From a virus: a stretch of DNA of 64,000 nucleotides. The stretch spans positions 5,424 through 69,423 of the IMG/VR virus record IMGVR_UViG_3300013103_000001; one strand, given 5' to 3'. Numbering within the stretch: the first letter of the stretch is position 1; every line of letters starts with the position of its first letter. This document shows, piece after piece, positions 27,458 through 37,154 of this stretch. The notes beneath the pieces were generated by a model. It saw only the letters and a program-made list of their open reading frames with translations, was not told where the DNA came from and did not search any database. Position numbers and translations under genes: made by a program.

Positions 27458-28552
27458 ATGGACGTCCTTATGTTCCCGTTTGTGAGTTTAGTAGACAAGA
27501 CAACTCATATTCCTCAGTTAGAAAAAGACGGCAACGTAAAAGTCATGAACAATGTCGCTAAAATTATTAAAAAAGAGTTTAACGCAGAGATAAAAACAAT
27601 ATACCCACGAGTCTGCAACCCGCTAATAGAAAGATATGACTTTCAATTCTCTCAAATCGGGAGGGCCATTCGAAAAACGAACCCAGATATTATAATAAGC
27701 GACTTAGACGGCGTGTCTAGGAACGTTAAAGTGCTCTTAAAGCTCAAAAAAATCAAGAGCAAGTTAGTGACTAAAATTAATTTCCCAGACTTTCCTGACG
27801 AAAAGAAAGCTTCTCCTGATACTAGTTTTTGGTTGAGGCAAGTCGACGGAGCACTCGCTTCAGACCTCACAGCTTTTCTCTCGAGCCCTCCAGAAAAGAA
27901 GTTCTTATGGTACCTCGAAAACTTTTGGGCAAACGACCTTATTTACAAATCAGACGTTAAGACTACAGTGTGGTCAGTCCTCGTAGACCCTAAAAAGATT
28001 AAGACTGGAGAGAAGTTCGAGAAAAAAACTATTTTATTTCTCGGGAGGATCACTTTCACTCCTGGAGAGTACACAAATTGGAGGCTATTTGTAAAAAGTA
28101 TAAAAGAACTTAAGAAAATTAGAGATGATTTTCAAGTCATAATGACAAACCCAAGTAAACAAGTCTCCGCTAAAGAGTTAGGAGCGATGGTCCCAAATTT
28201 AAACCCTCGATTTGAGTGTTTAGAGAACGAAGAGTACTACAAGTTATTGAGGAGGTGTCACGTCGTTTGTTCCTTACAAGAGAAAGAAGGGACCGGAGGA
28301 GTTGGGTTTAGAGAAGCGGTGTTGAGTGGGTGTTTACCGGTAGTTTTAAGAAGTTCTTATTGCTATAACACACTATTTGGAGAGAAGTATAAGTTCTACG
28401 CGCGTAGAGACGAAAGAAGTATAGCAAAGGTTATTAGCGAAGCCCTGGACTGTAGAGACAAAGTTCAAGAGTTTGCAAAAAAGTGTGTAGAAAGAGAGTT
28501 TGAGAGTGGAGAAAAAAATATAGTAAAAGAGTTAAGAAATTTTATCGATTAA
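27458..28552 (+). CDS. GT-B (GT4-like) glycosyltransferase
   Basis: ILFLGR, YYKLLRRCHVVCS, EGTGGVGFREAVLSGCLPVV (ExxGxxxxEA motif). Confidence 0.85.
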   Translation: MDVLMFPFVSLVDKTTHIPQLEKDGNVKVMNNVAKIIKKEFNAEIKTIYPRVCNPLIERYDFQFSQIGRAIRKTNPDIIISDLDGVSRNVKVLLKLKKIKSKLVTKINFPDFPDEKKASPDTSFWLRQVDGALASDLTAFLSSPPEKKFLWYLENFWANDLIYKSDVKTTVWSVLVDPKKIKTGEKFEKKTILFLGRITFTPGEYTNWRLFVKSIKELKKIRDDFQVIMTNPSKQVSAKELGAMVPNLNPRFECLENEEYYKLLRRCHVVCSLQEKEGTGGVGFREAVLSGCLPVVLRSSYCYNTLFGEKYKFYARRDERSIAKVISEALDCRDKVQEFAKKCVEREFESGEKNIVKELRNFID

Positions 28553-29599
28553 GCGAGTCCAGAGTTTCATCTTTGAAGTTATATTTTCGAAGATTTTTCG
28601 AGTCACTCCTCTGAACACGGAGGACTTTTTCGCGAGTTTTTGAGCGAGTTCGTAATAACAGTCCGCGTAGTTTTTCGAGTAGAGGTCTTCTTCTAAGACA
28701 AGTTCCCAGAGTACTTCGTTGATGTGAAAGCCTATGAGTTCTTTTTTGAAGTCGTTAATTAAAAGTCGAGGCCTCCGTGAGTGCTGGCAAGCAGGTACAC
28801 CGCAAGAAGTGTAATAGCCGAGCTTGTCTGCTATTTTTTTGACAAAAAGCCCGCTCCAGATATCGTCATACCTGTCTAAGCCGAACTCGTTCATCGGGAG
28901 TTGGTAAAACGCAGGGATTATTTCACTCCGAAACGCGAGGTTCATCGAGCACACTGTAGTGAAAGTCGCAGCATCTAAGGCAACGCTGTTCTTGACTGTT
29001 GAGATACGGATAGGGCAGACCCCAGTTTCGATAGAGCCTCCGTTCATTAGAATAGTGAATGAGTCTAAGTCAGGGGACTCTGTCCAGAGGCCTTGGTTCA
29101 ATATTGTCCTCCCAGTTTTTGTTTTAAAAGTGTACCTTGGAGTCTCTCCTCTGAGGGAGAACGGGAACCCTCGCGGGTGGAGCCCTCGAGGGGAGTCTGT
29201 GAGGCGGAGAGTGTTGTACCAATGAGTACTAGAAGAGACAGCGAGGAGTGTCTCTGAGTTTAACACATTAATGTGCTCGTCCAAGATACTGTTATTGACT
29301 ATCACATCGTCGTCAAAAAAGAAACAGTAATCTGCTCCTTTCTCAAGAGCTACTAAAAGGCCAAAAGAGCTCTCTGCGTGGCATTTCTTTGGGATGAGGT
29401 CTCTAAGTTTTTTTGAGATGTTTCTTTGTTTAAACCACTCTTCTCGCTCTCTTGGGCCGAAGAACGAGGCTTCGCGCTCACTTAGGACGTTTTTATTATA
29501 ACTTCTATGCTCTCCTTCATCAATTACAATAAAAGTAGCAGGGACCTGCGCAATAGAAGAGTGGAGCTCAGATATTGTAGGGATTATGACAGTTTTCAT
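28532..29599 (-). CDS. RGP / UDP-arabinopyranose mutase-like (GT75) protein
   Basis: VIIPTI, FFDDD, RGFPFSLR, LNQGLWTESPDLD, CSMNLAF, PAFYQLPM, RYDDIWSG are RGP hallmarks. Confidence 0.85.
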   Translation of the reverse strand: MKTVIIPTISELHSSIAQVPATFIVIDEGEHRSYNKNVLSEREASFFGPREREEWFKQRNISKKLRDLIPKKCHAESSFGLLVALEKGADYCFFFDDDVIVNNSILDEHINVLNSETLLAVSSSTHWYNTLRLTDSPRGLHPRGFPFSLRGETPRYTFKTKTGRTILNQGLWTESPDLDSFTILMNGGSIETGVCPIRISTVKNSVALDAATFTTVCSMNLAFRSEIIPAFYQLPMNEFGLDRYDDIWSGLFVKKIADKLGYYTSCGVPACQHSRRPRLLINDFKKELIGFHINEVLWELVLEEDLYSKNYADCYYELAQKLAKKSSVFRGVTRKIFENITSKMKLWTRLIDKIS

Positions 29600-29636
29600 A
29601 ATAAAAAAATAAAATATATTTATATATAAATATTTC

Positions 29637-29921
29637 TTAGTATAAGATGTAAAAAAATGTGGTGAGGACGAGCGAAGTTATTATAAAATAAAACGAAAAG
29701 GCGCTGACGTTCGACTTCACTACTATGTTCGCGACGGTAGCACCGTACAAAAAGAACGAGACAGACTGCCATAAAGCTCGGCAAATGAGCAAAACGTCAT
29801 CAAACGCAAACAAAAAAGAAGTGATCAAAGAATCCACTTTAATCATCAACAAGTACCACAGAAACATCACAAAGAAAGCGACAACGGTTTTTTCAAATTT
29901 AGTATTTATCCTCAAGTTCAA
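29637..29921 (-). CDS. Small 3-TM membrane protein (TTG start)
   Basis: Hydrophobic; GGAGGG RBS. Confidence 0.65.
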   Translation of the reverse strand: MNLRINTKFEKTVVAFFVMFLWYLLMIKVDSLITSFLFAFDDVLLICRALWQSVSFFLYGATVANIVVKSNVSAFSFYFIITSLVLTTFFYILY

Positions 29922-30203
29922 TTAAACTCCCTCCAAAGCAGTCTCTATTACTTTAGTTATCGGGTCCTCGAAGTCTCGCGCGCTCCCGAGGAGAAAAAGC
30001 GAGACGGACATTTCTATAATTCGTTTGCGTTTCAAATCGAGGGAACAGTCGATTTTTATGAACCCTAGCTTGGACTTGAAACATTTTGCTGCTGCTTTTT
30101 CGAGAGTGTTAGAGATATTTTCTTTACTAAACTTGAGGAGCGTCGAAAACGGAGGCTTTGGGTCCTCGAAGCTGTATTTTTCAGAAAAAAGGACTGCAGC
30201 TAT
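29922..30203 (-). CDS. Unannotated 93-aa protein starting at ATA immediately after the VWA stop
   Basis: IAAVLFSEKYSFEDPKPPFSTLLKFSKENISNTLEKAAAKCFKSKLGFIKIDCSLDLKRKRIIEMSVSLFLLGSARDFEDPITKVIETALEGV*; GGAGG 8 nt upstream; fills the gap exactly. Confidence 0.65.
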   Translation of the reverse strand: MAAVLFSEKYSFEDPKPPFSTLLKFSKENISNTLEKAAAKCFKSKLGFIKIDCSLDLKRKRIIEMSVSLFLLGSARDFEDPITKVIETALEGV

Positions 30204-32468
30204 TTATTTTCCCTCCTTTGTGATTGTTTTGTCTATCCATTTTATTATTTTGTCTGGGAGGGCGTTTTCGACTGCTTCTTTTTTCATGTTGATTTTGACG
30301 TAGTCTAGGTCTAACTCTTTGAGGTACTTCACTAACTCGTTTTCACTCCCATCAGAGAGGATTACTGGGCAAATATAGATCCCTCGGTCTTTCGCTTCTT
30401 TAAGAGCAGCTAACGTGTATTTCCCGTCTGTAGGCTCTCCGTCTGTTATCAAGACCATGAAGTTCATGTCCCTGTTATCTGAAAGAATTTTTTCTCCTGT
30501 TTTAATCGCAGCGGACATGGACGTGCGTCCTGATATGAACTTATCCCACTCGACTTTTTTGACCCTAGTCGCGGGGTCTTTGAGGACGTAGACGTTATCT
30601 GAAAACAAAATTGCTCCAGACTTGCCGTGAAGTTCTTCGTCGATAGCTGTACAAAAGGCTTTACCAACTGAGTTCGCAAATATCCTGAGCGGGACTCCTC
30701 TAATTGTGGTAGAGTCCATCGACCCGCTCGAGTCTATTAATATAACGCCGGAGACTCCTCCTCTATCTCTAACTCTAGAAAGAAAAGGGTTTATTCTCTC
30801 AATAGATTTTCCAGTACCTTTCTGGCGTAAGTATTCCTGAACAGAAAACCTACCGACAGTTGTTGCTTTCCAAGGCCTTCTAGTCCCTATTTTCATCTTC
30901 CTTAAAGCATCTGCGAGCCTACCGACAAACCGAGGGTCTGCTTTTATGTCGTAGTTCCCGCCGACTAGAGTGTTAATTATCCCTAGAGCTTCTTCCTCAG
31001 ACATTTTAGTGTTCTCAATAGCTTCTTCGATCTCTTCTAAATCTCTTTCGAGCATCTCGAAGTCCTCTTCTGTTAAAGAGATTGGGTTGACTTTTTCAGA
31101 GGCTTCTTTTTCTTTTTCGATTTCTTCTAAAGTTTGTTTCAAGCTCGATTTCATTTCTTCAGCTACTTTATTATATTTTTCAATTTCTTCCTCCGTTGCT
31201 CTTTTGAGCTTCCTTTTAGCTACAATGGCTTTAAGGTCTGAAGCCTGGTCGTCCATCTCTTTTGCAATATCTTCAATTAGTTCTTTAGCTTTCTCCATCT
31301 GTGTCTTAACTTCGTCTAAGTCATTTTCTCCTTCGAGAACTCCTTCTATTTGTCCTAATGACAGTGCTCTCTTTCCTATCTTATCTGCTTGTTCCTTAGC
31401 TTTTCCTTTTATTTCTTCGTCTTCAGTGCTATCGCTAACTTCCTCTAATTGTTCAGCTGCTTTGTTCATCTTTTCCCCAGCTTCTTTTAGGGCTTCTGTA
31501 ATAGCTTCTTTTATGTCTTGAGTCTCGTCTTGCGTGTCGAGTTCTTTTCCTTCGAGCATAGAAGAAGCAGTCTCGTCGAGCGACATGGACCTAGGGATAC
31601 CAGAGATGTCGTTAAAAGGGTTCCTCCCAGAGGCCATCCCTTCTCCACTCATTTTCATCTCTTTTGGTGTATGTAAGTTAAATGGGTCTTTCGAAGCTAA
31701 CATAGCATCAGAAAGGTCTGCTTTTAGGTCATAAACACTATTAATCTTTGATAAGATTTGCTCTGCAAATTCTCGAGCTTTATAAATATCCTCCTCATTT
31801 TTAAATTTTTTTAGAGGTTCGGATATTTCGTCAAGAAGTTTTTTATTTTCAGGTTCAGGAGGCTCTCTATATCTCCCAAGGATGGCTTTTCCTGCAAATT
31901 CTTCTATGAAAGCGAGCCTCTTAAAGTCAACTCCTTTTTTAGCTGCAACTTCCCTAAGGCTCGGGATCACCAGAGTCTTCTTATTACCAACTCTTACAGT
32001 CCGGCTCTTGTTTTTTAGAGGCCTCATACTCACACATAGTTCATTAGAGAACTTCATCCACCTTTCAGCTCCTCCATATTTTTTGCCTGCGAGGTTTTCA
32101 ATCCTCGCGTCTTCAATTATATTGAAGAGCTCGTTAAACCCTACGCTTTGGTTAAAAGACCTTGCGACTAAATTACGAAGGTTCCACGAGTCGAACCGGA
32201 GGTGCGCTGCTTCATGGCTCGCTAGTGCGTACATCACTAATGTCTTATAAGCTGGGTGTTTTACAGTCCACACGTCTCTTGGGAGGTATATCCCTCGACC
32301 GTCAGTATAAGCTATGTTCTCTTCGCTCTCTCTAATAGGGACTCTTTTGCCTGCGATTACTCTGGAAAGTTCGCACAAAGTCTTATAGGTCCTAACGAGC
32401 GGAGGGAGAGGCGCTCTTTTCCTTTCCGGAGCTCTCGTTCTTTGGCTGCGACGGGTTGGCTTGCTCAC
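30204..32468 (-). CDS. VWA-domain partner of MoxR ATPase (CobT-like) with MSKP leader
   Basis: GTG start 32468 after GGAGGT RBS gives MSKPTRRSQR; HEAAH, NIIEDARIE; acidic coiled coil; MIDAS DSSGS, T, TDG. Confidence 0.88.
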   Translation of the reverse strand: MSKPTRRSQRTRAPERKRAPLPPLVRTYKTLCELSRVIAGKRVPIRESEENIAYTDGRGIYLPRDVWTVKHPAYKTLVMYALASHEAAHLRFDSWNLRNLVARSFNQSVGFNELFNIIEDARIENLAGKKYGGAERWMKFSNELCVSMRPLKNKSRTVRVGNKKTLVIPSLREVAAKKGVDFKRLAFIEEFAGKAILGRYREPPEPENKKLLDEISEPLKKFKNEEDIYKAREFAEQILSKINSVYDLKADLSDAMLASKDPFNLHTPKEMKMSGEGMASGRNPFNDISGIPRSMSLDETASSMLEGKELDTQDETQDIKEAITEALKEAGEKMNKAAEQLEEVSDSTEDEEIKGKAKEQADKIGKRALSLGQIEGVLEGENDLDEVKTQMEKAKELIEDIAKEMDDQASDLKAIVAKRKLKRATEEEIEKYNKVAEEMKSSLKQTLEEIEKEKEASEKVNPISLTEEDFEMLERDLEEIEEAIENTKMSEEEALGIINTLVGGNYDIKADPRFVGRLADALRKMKIGTRRPWKATTVGRFSVQEYLRQKGTGKSIERINPFLSRVRDRGGVSGVILIDSSGSMDSTTIRGVPLRIFANSVGKAFCTAIDEELHGKSGAILFSDNVYVLKDPATRVKKVEWDKFISGRTSMSAAIKTGEKILSDNRDMNFMVLITDGEPTDGKYTLAALKEAKDRGIYICPVILSDGSENELVKYLKELDLDYVKINMKKEAVENALPDKIIKWIDKTITKEGK

Positions 32469-32473
32469 AAAAG

Positions 32474-34084
32474 TTAACCTCCAGCTAACCACTTGGTAGC
32501 GTTCTGTTTTACTTTTTCCTCCCAATCTCCATAAAGGCTGTCCCCGTATTCTTTTTTAATGTATTCTATTATCTCTTTGAGTTCTGCGCTTTTTTTCCCG
32601 GCTTTCAGGAACCGGTCGCAAACTTCATTAAAAAGTTGAGAGTTCATTTCTAAGGTCCCCTTTTTCTTGACGAGGTCTGCGTAGTGTTTTGACCCTATCA
32701 CAGTCTCGATATGGGAGGTAGCCAATGCTTTAAACTCACTTGGGTCATCGACATTAATTAAACAGCTCCCGAGTATTTCAACAAAGTCTTTATATTTAGG
32801 AGGCCAGTTATTTTTTTCTATTTTTGCCCACGCAGCGAGCAAATGACAGAATTGAGTGAGGCCTCTCGACGTCGCTAGTTCTACAGCGTAATCAGAAGAC
32901 ACGCTTCTGAGACTTTCTACTACTGAATTTGGGACATCTGGGTGTAGGCCTAAAATCATGTCTAAAAGCTCTCCCATTTGTGGAGAGAGCTTATTGTCTG
33001 TACCTAACCACAAATCTTTCAGCTTTTCATCCCCACGAGCTAATTGAGTGAGGATCTTTTCCATCCTCTTTCTTTCTTGCTTTGAGCCCATCCAAGTCAT
33101 CCTGATGATCCCTCCGCTAAACCTATCTTTAAGAGCTTTGTTGAACCTATACGTACCTTCGTAAAGCGGGTTGTACGTCCCTATCACTCGAAACCCTTCT
33201 TTAGCAGTGACTTCACCATACGGAGTGTCGATCTTTCCTTCAGCCATTGCTGCGTTCAAAATAGCGGCGTCGTCTGGAGGGAGCATATTGATCTCGTCTA
33301 GCATTAATGGGACTCCATACTTCATTGCCATCACTAAGGGGCCGTCTCTCCAATAAGTCACAGTCCCGCCACTCTCTGTAGCTCTCATCCCTTCAGTCCC
33401 ACGAAGTTCTAGAGCACTCATAGGGTTGCACGACATAGAGATGTATTTTTGTCCAAGGTCTCTAATTGCTTGTTTTACCATCAAACTCTTTCCGCAGCCC
33501 GCAGGGCCTACTAAGAGGACGTGCTGGTTTTTAGTCTGCATGAGGAGTTCAAGTCGCTCTAACTCGTTTAATGACCCAATTTTCATATGAGGTATATACT
33601 CATAGCCTTTCTCGACCTTAGGAGACATAGGAGGCCTCCCTTCTCGCACTTCTACGCCATAGATCTCGACTCCTTTTGTAGGAGTCGGTGAGGGCTCTTC
33701 TTCTTTCTCTTCTGGAGGCGGAGAAGGAAGAGGAGTACTAACGATCTTTTCAACAGGTTCTAGAGAGGGCGGAGTCTTCAGGGGTTTCTTTCTTAACTGA
33801 GCGTTGTAGATAACGAGTATCCTTTTTGCCCACGTCATCTTATCTTTTGCGTCTTTAGGCACATTCCAAATTTTTTCCTTTCCTCCCTTGAGGATAGCTT
33901 CAATTGGTAAGTACCCGTATTCCTCTGTTTTGATAATCCTATATTCTTTGCCGTCTTTACTCGTATAGTGAGTTATCATCTCTCCGGTGTTCATTGCTGT
34001 CCTAACTGCATTAATAAGAATGTCTCCTCGTACTGGTGCTTTTTCTCTTTTTTGAGAAGTTTTTTTACTAGTTGGTTTTGACAT
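32474..34084 (-). CDS. MoxR/CbbQ/CobS-type AAA+ ATPase with MSKP leader
   Basis: Start MSKPTSKK at 34084 (GGTGA RBS); GPAGCGKS, DGPL, LDEIN, FRVIGTYNP, ALKDRF. Confidence 0.92.
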   Translation of the reverse strand: MSKPTSKKTSQKREKAPVRGDILINAVRTAMNTGEMITHYTSKDGKEYRIIKTEEYGYLPIEAILKGGKEKIWNVPKDAKDKMTWAKRILVIYNAQLRKKPLKTPPSLEPVEKIVSTPLPSPPPEEKEEEPSPTPTKGVEIYGVEVREGRPPMSPKVEKGYEYIPHMKIGSLNELERLELLMQTKNQHVLLVGPAGCGKSLMVKQAIRDLGQKYISMSCNPMSALELRGTEGMRATESGGTVTYWRDGPLVMAMKYGVPLMLDEINMLPPDDAAILNAAMAEGKIDTPYGEVTAKEGFRVIGTYNPLYEGTYRFNKALKDRFSGGIIRMTWMGSKQERKRMEKILTQLARGDEKLKDLWLGTDNKLSPQMGELLDMILGLHPDVPNSVVESLRSVSSDYAVELATSRGLTQFCHLLAAWAKIEKNNWPPKYKDFVEILGSCLINVDDPSEFKALATSHIETVIGSKHYADLVKKKGTLEMNSQLFNEVCDRFLKAGKKSAELKEIIEYIKKEYGDSLYGDWEEKVKQNATKWLAGG

Positions 34085-34361
34085 ATATTTCACCCAATGG
34101 GTCTATTTTCTTTATCTCGGACCCTTTAGAGGCGCAAATTTTATACAAAATTGATGGGTTGTGCAGCTCCTTCATCTTTATTAGAATGTGTTCTTTGACG
34201 TCGAGCCTCTTCTCCAAAAAATTAGCGAAGTTGCTCGCTTCTTCGAAGCTCAAAAAATCAAAGACTGCGCACGTCTTATGTTCGATAGGCACAACCACAT
34301 ACGCGCCAGGGATCCGCTCGAGTGTATCATCATTCTCGAGATATGCAATTAAATGATACAT
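34068..34361 (-). CDS. Hypothetical protein
   Basis: 97-aa coupled ORF. Confidence 0.65.
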   Translation of the reverse strand: MYHLIAYLENDDTLERIPGAYVVVPIEHKTCAVFDFLSFEEASNFANFLEKRLDVKEHILIKMKELHNPSILYKICASKGSEIKKIDPLGEIYVKTN

Positions 34362-34369
34362 AATTAAAT

Positions 34370-35710
34370 TTATATACTTTGAGTATTTATATCTTTCTTA
34401 AGTTCGTGCCCAGCGTAAAGATAGCCTTCTTTCGTTAAAGAGACTCCGCCAAGCCTCCCTCTCTTGACTTTTATAAAGTTATTATCTCTCATCCGAGGGA
34501 CTACGACCCTCTCGACATATCGGGACGGCTTTCCAATGATCTCAGCTATGTCTCCGACGAGTTCTCTTTTTGAAACTGTATTGCCCCTTACTGCTCTCCT
34601 CTCTAATAAATAATTTACAACTGTCAAAAACTCGTCTTTTGGAGTCCAGTCGAGGACGAGACAAGAGTCACAAAATAATTTTGTAGAGAATAAAAAGCGT
34701 TTCAAATCGGCGGCTGCTACTTCTATGTCTTTTTTTTCGACAATAGCTCTATTTTCGAGAGACGCTATTGCACAAGACATCTTCATGAGATTACGAGTGC
34801 AGTCAGCGATTATACTATAAATAAATTTAAGAGCGGGGCCGTTAGAGCGCGCTGCTAAAAAGTCTATAATGTTGTTAGCCTCATTTATAATTTCTTGAAG
34901 TACTGCTTGAGATAGCACAAACGTTGGGTTTTTTAATAAATAAGTATTTATATCTGTAGACCCTTTGCAAGCTTTGAGGAAGTTTGTCCAATTTCTCCAC
35001 TCGATTTGAGTCGCAGATGGGTTGAGGACTTTTTTAGAAATACCTCCTTTGAGCTCAGATATTGGTGGTTCTATATATATAATAAGCCCTCTTCTTAAGA
35101 GCCCTGTAGTCACGACGTTTTCTCCCACTGCGATTGGTTGGAGAAAAAATACACATGTGCACTCAGGGCAGAATGAGAGTGGGGCTGAGATTGGGACATC
35201 CACTCTCACTTTTTTTACTTCGTTTTGGAGCATAGGGTTTGTTGCAATTCTGATATAAGCTCTAATGTCTTCCTTTTCTTTATCTGCTAAGATGGGGTGA
35301 CACTCGTCGAACGCACACATGTCTGCTTTTAAGTAGCCGTAGTTATTAACTGTGCGAATTTGCTGAAGAGACCTAGCTCCTTGGGAGGTCCCTAAGATGA
35401 TCTTTTTCCCTATGAGGTGGTCTGGGTGAGGTTTTATACAGTTCTCAAATTTCTCATTGAGGCCTTCTATAGACTTTTTAAAAAAAGAGAATATTGTGCC
35501 TTTCCCACTCCCGCTCGGCATGACGTAAAACACGTTGAGCCTTTGGTCGAATATTTCAGACCCAAATTTAAGGGCCTTATACCTGTTAGCGTGGCAGATA
35601 AGTGAGTAGAATACACTTTTGCGAACAATTTCATACGATTGCCCATTAAGTTCAAAAATTTGGGTAAACTGATTGTAAATATCATAGTCCTCGAGTTTAG
35701 CAGTCATCAA
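34370..35710 (-). CDS. MCM-like AAA+ helicase/initiator with C-terminal winged helix
   Basis: Walker A PSGSGKG, GYLKADMCAFDE (Walker B), GLLRR (Arg finger), C-terminal wHTH; adjacent to the iteron region. Confidence 0.7.
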   Translation of the reverse strand: MMTAKLEDYDIYNQFTQIFELNGQSYEIVRKSVFYSLICHANRYKALKFGSEIFDQRLNVFYVMPSGSGKGTIFSFFKKSIEGLNEKFENCIKPHPDHLIGKKIILGTSQGARSLQQIRTVNNYGYLKADMCAFDECHPILADKEKEDIRAYIRIATNPMLQNEVKKVRVDVPISAPLSFCPECTCVFFLQPIAVGENVVTTGLLRRGLIIYIEPPISELKGGISKKVLNPSATQIEWRNWTNFLKACKGSTDINTYLLKNPTFVLSQAVLQEIINEANNIIDFLAARSNGPALKFIYSIIADCTRNLMKMSCAIASLENRAIVEKKDIEVAAADLKRFLFSTKLFCDSCLVLDWTPKDEFLTVVNYLLERRAVRGNTVSKRELVGDIAEIIGKPSRYVERVVVPRMRDNNFIKVKRGRLGGVSLTKEGYLYAGHELKKDINTQSI

Positions 35711-36060
35711 AAATAAGATATTGAGACTAATTATATAAATCTACACTGATATTGTGCAATGAAATAATTCTCTCTCGTCGAGCCTAGAGTATATGAAAAT
35801 ATTATATTTTAAGACTTCCTAGTAGCCTAAAAAATATTATATCTCCAGAAACCTCCCAGAAGAGTTAGGCATATTATATTTTTTGCTGCGTTGTGTCTCA
35901 CGTTAGTCTCACTTCAGCTGCGCGAGGCACTCTCTCAAAAATTGTACTTGAAGTCTCTAGTTTTTATGTCCAAAAGTAAAGATGTCGCTACTAAGGGATT
36001 TTTACCGCCTAAGCAATAAAACTACTCTCTGCCTGTAGAGCCATCACTTTCAACTTATTT

Positions 36061-36640
36061 GGTTTATTTTTATATTTTTTTTTTTATAGAGGCTGACATA
36101 ATTTACCCGGAGCCTCGACTTACTTTTGGCCCAGGTAGCTAGGTCTCTTTTGAGGTCTGCCCTAAATTATGGCTCCCTTCTGACATAATTTACGGCCGGC
36201 CGAACCCTGTTCAAAAATTCCAAAGTCCGGCCCAGGACTAGAAACCCGCGCCTTTAAAGTGGCCTTCCTTCTGACATAATTTATTTTGCTCCTCTCGAGT
36301 ATATTTGGACAGAGACTAAAAGCCGAAAAAATTTTTGAACAACTATTCAGGAGAGAAATGACAAATTCGGAAGACTGATCTCTCACTGCTGTTGTAGTCC
36401 ATTAAGGAGTCAACTAAATTGAGTGAAAACTACGTCTAACCTCTGTTTCCAGTCCAAGGTCCTCTCAAAGGAACCTGACATAATTTTTTAATCCGCCCTA
36501 AAGAATTTTTGAACAGAAAACTGGAGAGGCTTTGTGATTTCCTTCCACTTTTCCCGGGTCACTCACTGACATAATTTTTTACTCTGCCCTAGTGGAGCCT
36601 CAGCACGAAAAGAGAAAAGCCCTGAATTTTTGAACAACTT
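36061..36640. repeat. Putative replication origin: AT-rich tract plus iterons
   Basis: CTGACATAATTT at 36093, 36180, 36271, 36475, 36566; TGTTCAAAAA/TTTTTGAACA at 36208, 36332, 36506, 36627; T-rich tract about 36063-36088. Confidence 0.7.
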
Positions 36641-36713
36641 CGTACGAGGGCGATAAAAAGATTATTATATTTTAGTATCTTTATATTTTTATATTTCCTA
36701 GAGGTGAAGCCGA

Positions 36714-37154
36714 ATGATAGCAAAAGGAAATGTGTTTAGGATAAAAGAATTTGAAGATGTCAAAAATGCTCTCAAAACAAGACTTTTTTATATGTATAAA
36801 CCATCGTGGGCAGTATCCACAGAAGTAGAAACAATCGATATCCCAGAAATTGGGATAGCAGTCCGCAAGAATGAGGCTGATAAGATCCCCGACAGCTTCA
36901 TATCCTTAAAAGAAGCTCGAGAAATTTACGAAATAGTCTCAAACTTAAAACAGGGCCAAGCCCTCATCGTCATGGAAACTTGGCTAGCGAGAAAGAAAGG
37001 GCTATCTGAGCGAACTGTTGGTGAAATAGTCAATAAAACTAATAAAGCTATCAAAGTAAGAGCAGACATAAAGATCTCTGAAGGGATGGTCCTGAAAGGG
37101 ACAGAAGCATGGGTGCCTTTATCGCAAATAGAAATGTATAAAAAACTTATTTAA
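36714..37154 (+). CDS. Hypothetical viral protein
   Basis: GAGGTGA RBS; KTNKAIKV...WVPLSQI pattern. Confidence 0.75.
   Translation: MIAKGNVFRIKEFEDVKNALKTRLFYMYKPSWAVSTEVETIDIPEIGIAVRKNEADKIPDSFISLKEAREIYEIVSNLKQGQALIVMETWLARKKGLSERTVGEIVNKTNKAIKVRADIKISEGMVLKGTEAWVPLSQIEMYKKLI

Noticed and set aside
36093-36577. CTGACATAATTT repeats as a CRISPR or mini-array
   Set aside because: The repeat is only 12 bp with 75-190 bp spacers; this fits iterons, not CRISPR.
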